A stretch of DNA of 64,000 bases from positions 1,842,827 to 1,906,826 of the forward strand of contig BDGG01000006.1 in assembly GCA_001949185.1 (NCBI GenBank), read 5' to 3'. Within the stretch, counting starts at the first letter, position 1, and each line of letters begins with the position of its first letter. The translations under genes were made by a program, and so were the position numbers. Under the pieces are notes generated by a model. It was not told the origin of the DNA. It worked only from the letters and a program-made list of their open reading frames with translations, and searched no databases. Shown here piece after piece: positions 13,984-26,836 of the stretch. The DNA is from Ramazzottius varieornatus (Eukaryota > Animalia > Tardigrada).

Positions 13984-15002
13984 GAGTGCTTTTACGTAGT
14001 TTCTCTTTTCCATACGTGCTCCTCAGAAACAATAAACGTGCTCCTCAGAAACAATACGAGCCTTGAAATACCAGAGTATGATGCCGTAATCGACAGATGT
14101 GAGGATAGAAATGATCTTTATGCTATTTGTTTGTTTGGGCAGGAAGATATTTTATACACATGTGTCTTTTCCTGTTTTAACCTCGGTGCTTACGAATATA
14201 GTATCTTACGTGAACACTCCTTCTTTAAGCGGTTTCATTGCCAACAGTAATTTTAGATCTGCAAGAATTTCTCGTAAAATGCACAGCGAGTTTTTTCAAC
14301 TTTAATAATGATTTTATGGCAGTAGTGGAAACCACTCTAACTTAGCAAACGCGCGTCAGGGCCTGAAAATGTGACGGACCAGACTATGTGGCCAGGGAAG
14401 CCCGAAAAAAGCTCATGGACCAGCTTGGGGGTCTCCTCTAATACCAGGGGTCCCCCAAGCAGGACACCCAGTATATATCTGGACCCCTGTGTTAAATTGG
14501 CCCTAAATCTCGTGGACCGAGACTCGCTCTGACCATTGCGGGCCGGAAAATCTCGTGGACCGCGGGTCCACAAGGAGACTGGCTGACGCGCGCTTGGACT
14601 CCAACGAATTATAGCTAAATTCAGAAAAACTGGCAGGCCGTGCGACTCATGTCTGCGGTCGAAAATCACAGACTGCCGTAGCGCACCGCTGTAGTCTATG
14701 GCTGACCAAACAAGCAGTTTGCGGGAAATTCAATGTGCAGTATGGGGATTTAATACTGGCATGATTCTGTCACTTTCCAGGCACACATTATTGAAGCAAA
14801 AAAGAGAAATCAAGATCTTAGGACGGAGAACAACAGGGCGGAGATACTAATTAGAATCGAGAAACGGAGAAGGACAGAAACAAAATCGGGTGGCAGGAAA
14901 TAACACGGAAGTACAGTATCATCACTGCCTTTAGTAGTACGGCGAACCGAGCGAAATTACTGTCAAGTTCGTTGACTTAAGTATCGAAAAATTAATACAG
15001 AA

Positions 15003-16943
15003 TTAATGTTGGTGCTTTTGGAAGCAACGACACCATTCGTAGCCGGAGAGGTCCAAGTCGTCGTTGGCGTCGCAGTAGTCCAAAAAGTCATTGACGCAAT
15101 GCTCGTATTTGTCAGCCTCCAAATCAAAGAGCTCTGTCAAGGTTAGGCTGCGATCCTGCAAACACAAGCGGCGTTAATGGCGTCACATGAGCTTCCACGG
15201 AAACATAGCACTAACAAGTGGCTGGTTACGTGTTTGATTTCAATGAAGCCAATAAAATGAGTAAATAAACATGCAAGAAAGGTAGCACTACCAACCTTGT
15301 TGTCGTCAAAATAAGCAAACATCCAGCTCAACAAGCCTTGATTCTGCCCTCGGTCGCATTCTGGACGATCCACGTATTGCGATGGCTCACCTGAGAAGTA
15401 TTCGAAAATTAAAAAAAACAACACAAAAATAAATTCTAAAAAACGCACTGGGAGCTTGGCAAGAGCATGTTTCATGTGGCGCATGCTACACCCAAAAACA
15501 CAACGAGCACATGTGCCAGTGGAGAGCTCGATAGATTTGTCTACCTAAGTGGCGCACCCTTACAGAACCAGTGGCTGGACTCATGCGCCACTTGAGATAA
15601 ATTAACCTGTCGAAATCTCAAGCGACGCACGTTTTCTGTGTTTTTGGCCAGTAGCGTGCGCCACTTGCAGGAAGATCTTGTTCAGTTCGCTTGTCGAGCT
15701 TCAAAATTTCAATTCGTCGCTTTGCCCAGGTATCTGATATTTCCCTGTTTGATGAATTCCTCCAGAATTTAGTTCTGGACCGTACGTACGAGACACCGAA
15801 AACGTTTGAGTGTTCTAATATTTCGTGGAAACCACTGCTTTTACCTTCAGGGTGTTTCTGGTGGAAGATTACCAAGAACCACTGTACGAGTCGACGACGC
15901 AGCTCTCGCATCTCTTTTTTCGAGCAGGATTTATCGATCTCGCCATATCGGCGGACACCGGCACCAGCATCGTTCCCATCTTCAGAGGTCGCGTTGAATA
16001 TTGAAGCCAGCAATTGTTGTTTCTTCTTCTGACGATCCACGAATTTGCTATTAGCCAGCGGAGGTCTCGTCGACACATCCTCGTTCAGCCCCTCTGCAAA
16101 CCAATAAAAAAACTGACTATACAAATAAAGAAAGAAAAAGTAAAGCTTAGATTTGGAAGTAGAACTGCACAACTGAGCGAACGAAGTTTTGGTGAATTAA
16201 ATCGGTTACCGGAAGTCTTGCAAGGACATCTTCCTTGACAAGCAACCTTGATGTTGGTTCCTTCCTCGCAGTTCTTGTAGTTCAAACGACACTCGGAGGA
16301 GTAAGAAACGTTGTCGGTCCCACAAACAAAGGTTGGGTGAACCACTGGACAAGGTTCGCAGTTGCTTCCGTACGAAGAGTTCTTCTTCGAGCCGGAGTTC
16401 TTCTTGGCAGTTTCCGTTCGCTTTTGCGACAACCTGACAAAAACTCAAAACTCAGAAGTAACTCCATCCGTCATTATTTCACCGACCGACTTACATTTTC
16501 TTCCACATCTTCTCCTTGATACAGATAGCGCGGTCATCGCTGTATACAGCACAGAGTTCGCCTTCCTCGCAGTTCAGTGCGCGGCACAGAGAATCTGTTA
16601 GAAGAAACGAACAGATCAGTCGATGATATCCATTTATTTTCCGCTTTCGTATTGTTCCGCGATTCTCGATACTTACTGACGTTGGCTTCCTCCGGAAAGT
16701 AAACCGCGGTGACGCTGTCGAAGTTGTAAGCGTCATATTTGCGCTGAAGTGAGAAAACAGTTCTGTCAGCAGAAAAGAAATAAAAGCCCAAAGCAAAAGA
16801 CAATAACGTTAACAATGGGTACATCCATTGATTTTTGATTAAGGCAATGAAACCTTGTTTCGCGATTTATCTCCGCGCTCGCGACGAGTCTCGATTCCGG
16901 CGATGATTCCACAGAGGAGAACAATCAGGATTATATCACGCAT
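15003..16943 (-). CDS. Testican/SPOCK (Cow)-like secreted protein: signal peptide, follistatin-N/Kazal and SPARC EF-hand domain
   Basis: MRDIILIVLLCGIIAG signal peptide; CEPCPVVHPTFVCGTDNVSYSSECRLNYKNC Kazal; RRLVQWF, WMFAYFDDNKD and YEHCVNDFLDYCDANDDLDLSGYEWCRCF (EC domain). Confidence 0.85.
15473..15667. repeat. Three tandem 49-bp palindromic units with an exact 73-bp period, intronic
   Basis: Units start at 15473 (degenerate), 15546 and 15619. Confidence 0.85.
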
Positions 16944-19322
16944 TTTCACTTGGTCTAATGAAGGAAAATATAAAATATACGGTCGAGACCACGGGAAAGT
17001 AAGCTTACCTGCTGCAACGACAAAGTTGCGACTTTCGAATGCGACAGTCGAGCTGCCTGCAGAGTAAATATCCTAGGCTATAATCGGATGTGTCTCAAGG
17101 TACTGCATAATCCTCCTCCGCTATGGCGAGGAGTCAAGATAAGATGGAGAAGATTTGACCGTTACGTCTCGAGTAAGACAAACAGAATGCTTTCCAGATG
17201 AACGGAAACGATGAAAGGTGAACTAAACTGCGAGCAAACTCACCACCTGTTGCAGACACACAGGCAGTGATGTGGCAAGACGAGGAACTATCAATCAAAT
17301 CAATACAACTGCGAAAGTGCTTTCGGTCCGATCGGGATCTCGTTATGACTTATGAGCCTTCAGCTTTGCGAGTTTACCTTATCATTTACTCCGTCTTCAG
17401 GATACGACTGCACTGGAACCAATAAAAATAAATAAAACTATTCGCATCAAGTACGGTCCAGAGAATCGGAGCGGTTTGAGTACTAAACACAAGTCCAGCG
17501 CTCAACAACCTTACAAGGGACCACACACCACAGTACCAAAGACGACACAATAGATCTTCACCAGCTGGAAAACTCAACGAGGTTTACTCTCATACCATCT
17601 CTTCCTTGTCCACATTCCCTGATCCTACGAATATGTAGAGTAAGCGATTAAGCCCGGAGAAGTAAAATACAATGAAATCTGTTTCAAGAATCCGACTACA
17701 CACCGGCAATCTCATGATTATGTCAGGGTCAGTTGAGCTCGATTATGTCATCCGGAAGTTCGTGAGGTGGTTTCAGTACTCCGGGACTCATGTACAGCAA
17801 CCTGGCGAAGAATGCACAGTCGAGGATGTTCAACTCTTCCTTGTCCTATTTCAAATAAGTTTTCGGCAGAAAGGTTCCATTCTTCAAGCAAACGATCCTT
17901 GGTCGACGTCTGTGACAAAACAAATTACTGTAAACAGAGGCTTTATCACAAATAATGAACTGTGGTTTCTTGGAAGAGTCACGTCTGCTGGATGTTTACC
18001 CCGACTGCTGACAATCGCGCTGCGCTAAATCCGTTCGGGTTCTTGATTTCTGGCGTAGTCACCTCTGACACATCGTTCAAAGCTACTGCAGGCCACTGTA
18101 GTTGCTCCGCTGGAAGGGTCTGGATACCACCTCCTTGCTCCTGTCGCGTGAGTCGGATTCTGTTGGCCACTTGCCTCCGAAACAGATAGCAGAGACTAGC
18201 AAGCGAGGGCAGTTGTCGCTTCGTCCAGCGTTCAAGAAGTACCCGACGGAAGATGTAGCGAAAAAGGCAGTGGGGAAGTGGGAACCGTCGAGAGTATTCT
18301 TCGAGAAGATGGAACTGTCTGGGAAAGACTGCTTCTTTTTGGCCACCATGGAGGATGGGTGGCACTTGTTGTCGGGTGCGACGGGACCGCAACAACCGAA
18401 TGGGGTGGACTTTTTCATGCGAAGGAAAGTTGGGGTGTTGGATGAGGAAATGTTCGAGAACAGGGTGGGGCCAGACAAATTTCTGGTGAAGGAGGCCAAG
18501 CCGTAACGAGTTGAAGAAAGTGGGGGACTGGTAGTATGGGTTGCAGCTGTTAGCGGATGATAATGATGGAGTTGGAGAAAGGGACGAAGATCATGACCAT
18601 GGGGATAGCCATGTGTTCAAGTTGGACTTCGATGACGACGATGATGACGAGGATCAAGAGAAAGACAACGGCGGAGCGGTTAAGTAGGGCGGGAAATGAC
18701 AACAGTACCGTATGTTTCGGGTTCGAGACTACTTTTTGTTGATGAAAGATGTGTGTTTCCTGTTCTAACTTCGGCGCGGTAGGTTGTGTAAAGTAGGAGT
18801 TACTGTACGTTTTTGGCTTTTTTTGGGCAGGATGTGTTCGGCAAAGAAGGAAGTTGAGGAACATGGTCTAGCATTGTCTTTGCTCTCATGGCGGTGTTTG
18901 CAGAAGTGGTGCCGAACTGTAAATTTTGTCTGTCGCGTTTATGGCTTATGCAAAGTGACGACAATTAGCGAAGGGGTACTGTAATGCGGAAGCGGTTAAC
19001 GCCGCTCCCCCACCAGCAGGAAGTAGGCAGCACGAAGCGCTTGAAGGCAGGATGTGAAAGTTTGGTCCTCTCCAGTGGTTATCGATTTTCTCCCACGATG
19101 GGATACCCTTGCTGCAACCTTGTGACGTCGAGGCCTTTGAAGGGCTTGTCCTGTTGATAATGCTTCAGGGAAATGATAAGACTGGCTAGTGTAAGCTGGA
19201 TGAACGGATAGACGTCATGACTGGAAGCTTCCGTGAGATTTAGTTTCCGAAGTGTCAGGAGAGCCAACGTCCTGCTCTCTATCGTCCGTCAAGTTTTTTG
19301 TTCGTGAGGTCTCTGTTCCAGC

Positions 19323-21107
19323 ATGGCTCCTTCTGTACTCAAAGTAATATGGAAGGTCTTGATTTTAGCCAGGTTTTGTGTGCTGTTGGCTGACGCTTAT
19401 CAGCCGAACGAAGTGCAAGATCCTTCACCATATGGAAGTCTGGAACAGGTATGTTTACGGTCCTGCTTCTTTTCTCGTCCATATGCCGAAGTCCGAATCG
19501 TATGACTTTACAGGATTCCGCCGAGCAACAGGAAAGAAAACCTAGTCAGGCGAACTCGTGGCCACTGCGGGATGACAGCTATGGAGATATCAGCAGCATC
19601 GCCGTTCATCCGACTGGGGAACTGTTCATTCTTCATCGCGGGTCTCACATGTGGCGTGAAGAGTAAGTTGGGACAGATTTAATTCAAACACCTCGGCATT
19701 AATTTCTATTGATATGGAGATGTGAATATCAATAAAAATGTTTGGTTGACAGCTCATTCAACGCTTCGAACGTCTATCAGGAACTTGACAAGGGCGCAAT
19801 CCCGGAAGATGTGCTGATCGGAGTCGACAGTGAAACCGGGGAAAAGCATCACCATTGGGGACGAAACAGGTACAGTCTGAACGGCCTGTTCTGTACTGTA
19901 AGAATTTTCTAAATGACTATGAGAATATTACAGATTTTATATGCCTCATGGATTGACGATCGATGAGAAGGGCAACTTCTGGATCACTGATGTTGCACTC
20001 CATCAGGTACGAACCACCAATCTTTTGCTCCCTTTCTGCCCATAAGCCTAAGAGCGGAATCCGATGGTGTGTCCCCACAGGTTTTCAAGGTTGATCCCGA
20101 GCAGCTGGAAGTGGCCATGGCTCTCGGAGAGGCGGGCGTACCGGGTGCGGACAAGACCCACTTCTGCAAACCGACAGATGTCGCCGTGGCTTCTGATGGT
20201 ACCTTCTTTGTGGCTGACGGGTACGTTCTTACTGCTATCCCATGAAACGGTCGTATGAACTGATTCTGATATTTTGATTTGGCTGCTTATAGTTACTGCA
20301 ACTCGCGGGTGATCAAGTTTAGTCCAAAGGGTGACTTCCTCCTCCAGTTTGGACGCGCAAGTCAACCTGGGTCGCTGTCGCTATCGCCATCGCCGTCCGA
20401 TTCCCTCAACATTCCCCACAGCCTCGCTCTCGTGGAAAACTACGATCTGATCTGTGTTGCTAACCGGGAAGACGAGAAGATCCAGTGCTTCACCGCCGGA
20501 CTGGCGGTCCGCAAACCGGATGACACCGAAACGGCTGGCAAGTTCGTCCTGCAGGTGGCGCACCCACAACTGTCCCGCGTTTTCGCCATCCACTACACGC
20601 CAGCACGTAAGCCGTGTTCGGTCGAGATAACTTCACGCTAGTTTTTTGGACAGAAAAATGTCTGATATTTGAACTGTTGGCGTATGAACTATGGGAGGTG
20701 GAAAAATGGATTGAGACTGAACGTTTTGCCAAGCGGCGCACACTTCCGGCCAATAACCGTGAAAACGTGCGCTACTTGAAATAACGATCTGGTTTGAGTA
20801 GCTCATTTGCCCACGTCTCGTATGCGATTTGTAATGGATTGTTGTCCCGATTTCGTTGTTTTATTTAGTGAATAAGTTGTACGCCGTGAACGGAGTCGGG
20901 TTCTCCCTGCAAGACAAGCCACTCCAGATCTTCAGCGTTGACCTGAGCAAGAACGACATTCAAGCCTGGAACCCGGAAGAAGAGGGCGCCATTCTGTCGT
21001 CTCCTCACGACATCACACTGTCGCCCAATGGGCAATACATCTACGTCGCTGACTTGGCTCCTCGTCCAACCGTCTGGAAGTTCGTCAATGACGATTTCAA
21101 AGCGTAA
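19323..21107 (+). CDS. PAL: Peptidyl-alpha-hydroxyglycine alpha-amidating lyase (stand-alone PAL, NHL repeats)
   Basis: Signal peptide; FYMPHGLTID..NFWITDVALHQVFK, HFCKPTDVAVA, FVADGYCNSRVIKF, IPHSLAL and ICVANRED motifs. Confidence 0.93.
20730..20778. repeat. 49-bp palindromic unit, intronic
   Basis: CAAGCGGCGCAC...GTGCGCTACTTG in the last PAL intron. Confidence 0.85.
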
Positions 21108-21246
21108 ACTGTTTACCCGGTTTTCATATCGTGATACAGTCATGCTGGGTATTCAGATGCTCTATATTTCAGTCTACCATTAGTCCTCCTCACGACAGGC
21201 CGTAAAACTCCGTTGATTGTGTTGATCTTGAAAGTGGATTACGAAG

Positions 21247-21296
21247 TTTCGCTTTCAAGATAAGCAGCCCTCGAGTAGCTTATCTTGAAAGCGAAA
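21247..21296. repeat. Perfect 19-bp inverted repeat with a 12-nt loop
   Basis: TTTCGCTTTCAAGATAAGC-agccctcgagta-GCTTATCTTGAAAGCGAAA. Confidence 0.9.
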
Positions 21297-22204
21297 ACGG
21301 ATTATTCTCTGCACACTTGACTCAAAATTTCAAGTTTTCACTTCTCAGCTGATCTCTATCTGCACAGTGCTTCACGTTGCGAGATACCGTTTAGCGTACG
21401 AGCTTCTCGATACCTATTAGTGTCGGGGATATCGGAAGACAGAGACTAGCCAGAGAGAAAACCATGAATCTCAACTTAGTCAGGAGGCAAAGTTTGCCTA
21501 CAAACCTACCCCGCAAAACTCGCGCATTTCCGGTCCCGTTTCCGAGACTTGCGAAAAATCCAATTTTGCCACACTCACGACTAATTTCCGTTGATCAAGC
21601 AAACTCAAATTTTAAACCAACCGTTTGCGACATAAACAGCTCGTCATGAGGAGGACTATTGTTGACACTACGTTCCACTTTCCACGTTTTCGTTCCACGT
21701 TCCACGTTTTCTTCTCGGAGCCATTCCATTTAAAGTTGCACGTACGGTATAGGACTCAATAAACATTCAAACGTACAACAATGGCGAAACGTAACCTCTG
21801 GCTTGCGTTGACAGATCCGTCAGACGTCAAGACCAAGTGAACAAGTGAACAATCAGCAAAGAACAATTAGGCATGTGGTCGCGTAATTACCAGCTGTTAC
21901 TTGTGTAGTGCCCGAGTACACCTTCCAGCCATATAGCGCACACTTCAACGCTTGTCAGCACCCACCAATTTTGACACTCGCTCAACCGCCAACAAATTCT
22001 AGCAAGTTCCACAGTGCATGTCAATTTTTTCTTTATGATGATTGACTTCGTTAACTACTGTTTACTTACACTTTTCATTATTTTCATTCTATACCGGGTG
22101 GGGATTGTTTTATTGATGTTCTTCAAAGATGGATTTGTCTATCCGATATTCTTCTGAATTCCTTACCTAACGATGACCTGACGAACTCGCCGTTTTGACT
22201 ACAA

Positions 22205-25200
22205 ATGGAAAACCGTGTTGCTCCACTGGATGTTGGCACGCAAGCCGGTAGTCCGCAGTCCGATTCTTTGTCTTCTCCCACCTTATCTTCACCGACTTCC
22301 ACGGCGACCGAGGAGACGAGTCCAGGGGGCAATTCTTATATTTTGATACAAGATGAGCTCACATTGCCCAGAAGTACTTCCGGAGAAGATATCAGACCGG
22401 AGCAGATAGCTTTACTTCTGAATTCGGCAAGTGTGTCTAACGGGAAGCCGGCACACATCGCACATGTATTGGTCCCAAGAGAGAACCCCGAAGAAGAGAG
22501 TTTGGTAAAGCATGGAAAAGAGGCTGGTGATGGAAGAGAAACTTGGACCTCGGGTATGGACTTCCTCCTCAGTATTATCGGCTATGCCGTTGACCTGGCT
22601 GCTGTGTGGAGGTTCCCATATTACGCCTATAAAAATGGCGGAGGTAAGCTCAGTTGTTCCCCCGTCGACAGTCATATGGTTATTCGACGCTGGAACTTGC
22701 ATCTTTTTGTTTTCCAGGAGCGTTTCTGATACCATACTTTATTATGTTAGTCATCGGCGCGACGCCATTGTTATACTTGGAGCTGCTGATTGGGCAGTAC
22801 CACCGGCAGGGACCAATATCAGTATGGACCCGTATCTCGCCAATATTTCAAGGTATGGCGGAATTGTAAAGCGAACCGGCCTACCTAAACATCGGGATTC
22901 GAAACTGGTTTATTTCAGGCATTGGCTTCTGCGCCGTGATGGTCTCATTCTATACTTCATTTTACTATAAGTATGTGGTACAATAGTTGGGTGTTTGAAG
23001 CTGTCAGCAGAATCCCATTAATCAAAATTATGGGGCTTGTGTTTGTAGCAACATCTTGGCGTGGTCGTTTTTCTATTTTTTCGCGTCAATGAGCTCGGAG
23101 CTACCATGGTCGGACTGCGCGAACAGGACATGGGCTAGCGCTCTGTGTGATGCCAATATTAATAATTCCGCGGGGCACTACAATGGCAATATCAGCGGGG
23201 GACTGGCTCCAGCACTCCGATCGCCGGCACAAGACTACTTTGAGTAAGTGTGTCTGATGATCTGCGTCTATTTTTGGCCAGGAAACTTGTTTACGCGAGG
23301 CGATGAAATTTAGACAGAATCTCTCTCTGATACAGGGCGCTCGCACCAACTTGCTACCACCTGTTAGTTCCAGGAGGAAAAAATCAGATTGCTTCTTTTC
23401 CGCTTGTTCTCCCAAACTATCCATACAACTCTTCAAGCTGTTTCGGTTGAACTATGAACCGTTTTATGATATTGAACAGTAGCTTGAAGAATTTGATTAG
23501 TGTGACTTCCGATGGGGAAGACCTATCATAACGACCAAAACTGTTGTCCTCAGGACCCCATGTTAGAGTTTCGATTCGACATCTGCTATCAACAGGCCAA
23601 CAACTGTCTTGGTTGTATGTGAAAATTGAAAAGATCCACGGGAACATTATGATAACTCAGCAAATGAATTTTAAAGAGCAAATCCGGCCATTTTGGCGGG
23701 AAACCTTGTTCGATGGATAATATTCCCGCTTTTGACTTGATCGGCTTTGATCACTTTTCGCGTAACCCAGCTCGTGATCTAATTGATTTGAATCGCGGTG
23801 CCGCATGACTCGAACGGAAAACTTAAAAACTGGTTTTTGGTAACGACCAAAAACTGCGAAAGTTAATAGACTTTTGGTTTCCCTCCTCCTCCAGCTTAAC
23901 GTCGCTTACAGAGTTTTGAAAAGATTTCTGGTCGGTAATTTTTACGAGGTTGCAAACAGGATGTCAGACCAGGAAAAACTAGTTTGGAAGTAATGATCCA
24001 GTCGAAAAACCCATGCTTTCATGGTGGTAGCATATTGGTGCGAGCGCCCTGTAGTTCAGACTACAGTGCGGCGAAGCAATTTTGTCCCAATTTTTTTTAA
24101 AAATTCGGTCGCCTTTCGAAGTAAGTTCTACGGTCAGTCACCATTTCAGCGTAAAACCCTTGACCTTTTTCTATCAGAAACTAGCCAGATATACCATGTC
24201 TGCTAAAAATATCCGGAATTTCGAACCAAAACTTCATCGGCTCAGCGCGAAAGTGGCGCACGAGCTGTTTTTTTTCATTGTTTCGCAAAACGATTTTTCA
24301 ATTTAGAAGACTGATCTTTCGCAGTTGGGCCAAGCAGCTGATGCAGAAAGTTGGGGATGTAAGCTAACGTTGGAAGATCCATAGTAAGGCCGAGATCCTT
24401 TAGCCTGAATCTAAGCAGAATTTCGAGCTCCTATAAAATTTGCGGGATGCCCCGATCACTACCCCAGGCCCCAGGCCGACGACAGATCAGTTAACTAAGA
24501 TGCTTTTAAAGAAGTTTTGTACCTTGGAAGATGAGCTTTCTTTTTAGTTTATTGAGAGAGTCAAGAAAAATTGACGGTGATTTTCCAGACACGTTTGAAA
24601 AAAACCAGAAGGGACAAGTCTGCTTCGCCGCACTGTAGCACTGGAATCGAAATTCAGCAGTATGGCACCGAGCAAATCGATGACGAGCGTACTTTTCTTC
24701 GATGACAGCCTGTAAAACGTTTGGATAACTTTTCAAATGTAAAACCGCGGTTCCAACGGTGAAAGAGCCTACTGGTGCGGCCCTTTTAATTACCTTACAC
24801 GCCTTTCTTCCGCCTTCAACACCCGAAGCAACCTGCAACAGTTGGCTTGCTTTTCTCTTCTGTAGTAACTACGTTCTGGGACTTGAGGAAACCTCAGGCT
24901 TCGACAGTCTCGGATGGCCACGCTGGCAGTTGGTATTGTGCCTAGCCTTGGCCTACCTCATCCTTTTCCTGGCGCTTTTCAAAGGTGTGAAGAGCAGCGG
25001 AAAAGTCGTCTGGGTTACCGCTATTGCCCCCTACATTATTCTCCTGATCCTGCTCATACGTGGCGTATTCCTCCCTGGTGCCACGGACGGGCTAAAGTTC
25101 TATCTCAATCTTGATCTCAGACGACTAGGCGATACTCAGGTAAGGTTCCATCTTTTGACGTCGAAATTTTACATGCAGGAAACTGACGGGTGAATCTGTA

Positions 25201-26587
25201 GGTATGGATTGACGCAGCCGTACAAGTTTTTTACTCGATCGGCGCCGGTTTCGGCGTCCACCTTGCGCTGTCCAGTTACAACTCATTTCATCATCCTACA
25301 ACGCGCGATTGTCTCATAACAGTCGGCGCCAACGCTGCCGCCAATCTCCTGTCAGGATTCGTGGTTTTTGCCTACCTGGGTTACATGTCGGCCAAACAAA
25401 ACGTTGGAATCGAGCAGGTTGCCAAGAACGGTATTGATGGTCTTTGATGAGATTGACACTGTGGAATCCTAATCCTTGAATGTGTCATCTCTGTGACAAT
25501 AGGTCCCGGATTAGTTTTTCAAGTTTACCCGGAAGCCATTGGAACATTACCGGCAGCACCGGTATGGTCCCTTCTCTTCTTCTTGATGCTGCTGACACTC
25601 GGCATGGACAGCTCGGTAATTGGCGCAACGAAAACTGTCACGATTTCACTTGCGATGAATTTATCAGCGAACGTCGCTGTTACGTAATATGGACCTATTT
25701 GATGACGATCATAGAATATTAGAGCTAAGTCATTCTTTTGCTGTGTAGATGGGCGGTATGGAGGCAATTATCACCGGTATTTGCGATTACTTTCACGACT
25801 TTTTCCGATCTGTCCCGCACAGTCGACCGCTGTTCACAGCAGCGCTGTGTGTTGTGTCCTTCCTGTTTGGAATTATCAACTGCACGCCGGTACGAACACG
25901 TTTGTTTCTCAAACTGTCGGCTCGTTATTCGAGTAGCGGAAAAACTGAAAGCACTTCTGGAAAAAAGCGAAAGAAACGGGCTAACAAGCTTCACTTGCTT
26001 GTGTGCCGAACACTGGAGACTACGTACGCTATGGTTTTCTGTTGCAGGCGGGAATCTATACCTTCCAATGGTTTGACACCTTCTCCGCAGGTGTCTCATT
26101 GTTATTTGTCGCTTTCTTTGAGGCAATTGCCGTAGGCTGGTTCTACGGTATTGACCAGTTCTCACAAGACATCGAGGACATGCTTGGTTCGCCACCCGGT
26201 TTCTTCTGGCGCATCTGCTGGAAAGTCTTGTCGCCTTTGTTCCTGATAGCAGCAATCATCGCCGCCGCGGTAACATTTCCGGTACTGAAGTACGACCACT
26301 ACACATACCCGGTGTGGGCCAGTGCCGTTGGATGGGCCTTCAGCCTGTCCACCACCATCCTCATACCAATAGTGGCCATCTCGAAGCTGGTAACCACGAA
26401 AGGGTCGTTCCGACAGGTACGCGTTTAACTTCATGGAGTAGATTGTATGAAAGAATAAGTGGTTAGCCAACCGGTTTCATCATTGCAGAAAGTCGCTCTC
26501 AGCATTTCTCCAATGCGAGATTACGACGACATAACGCGGGAGGGATACGTGAAAAGGTTCCACAGAAAGCACTGGCTCCAAATCTAA
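22205..26587 (+). CDS. SLC6 sodium-dependent monoamine transporter (octopamine/DAT/NET-like clade), multi-exon
   Basis: [26 protein letters not shown] (TM1 Asp of monoamine transporters); [11 protein letters not shown]; [21 protein letters not shown]; LGMDSSMGGME; C-terminal [10 protein letters not shown]. Confidence 0.93.
23333..24051. mobile_element. MITE family A (Tc1/mariner/pogo type), in a transporter intron
   Basis: ~30-bp TIR CAGGGCGCTCGCACCAACTTGCTACCACC, TA on both flanks; second copy at 55205-55970. Confidence 0.9.
24064..24635. mobile_element. MITE family B (Tc1/pogo type), directly next to MITE A
   Basis: TIR CAGTGCGGCGAAGCA...TTGTCCC at both ends, flanked by TA. Confidence 0.85.
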
Positions 26588-26836
26588 CATCTGGAACTTC
26601 TCTGTTTTGTTTCTTGTTTTGTTTCACGTTAACTTACCTGCAAATCCGGTGAAAAATTACTTTATACTTTGTACTGTGTCGATAAATATTCACAATAAAG
26701 AAGGTGTGACAGATTAGTGGGGCGTTGCCCTCTAATTACAGTTCCCCCTAAACATGGCTTCGAAGAACCTCGGCCCAGAATAACTCTTTCCCCTAAATAC
26801 GTCGAACTCCAACGACATCCTCCCCTAAAATACATA

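Noticed and set aside
15473-15667. CRISPR-like array (palindromic repeats with variable spacers)
   Set aside because: Eukaryotic intron, no cas genes, only 2-3 units per site, and the spacers are related to one another; reported as a palindromic repeat family instead.
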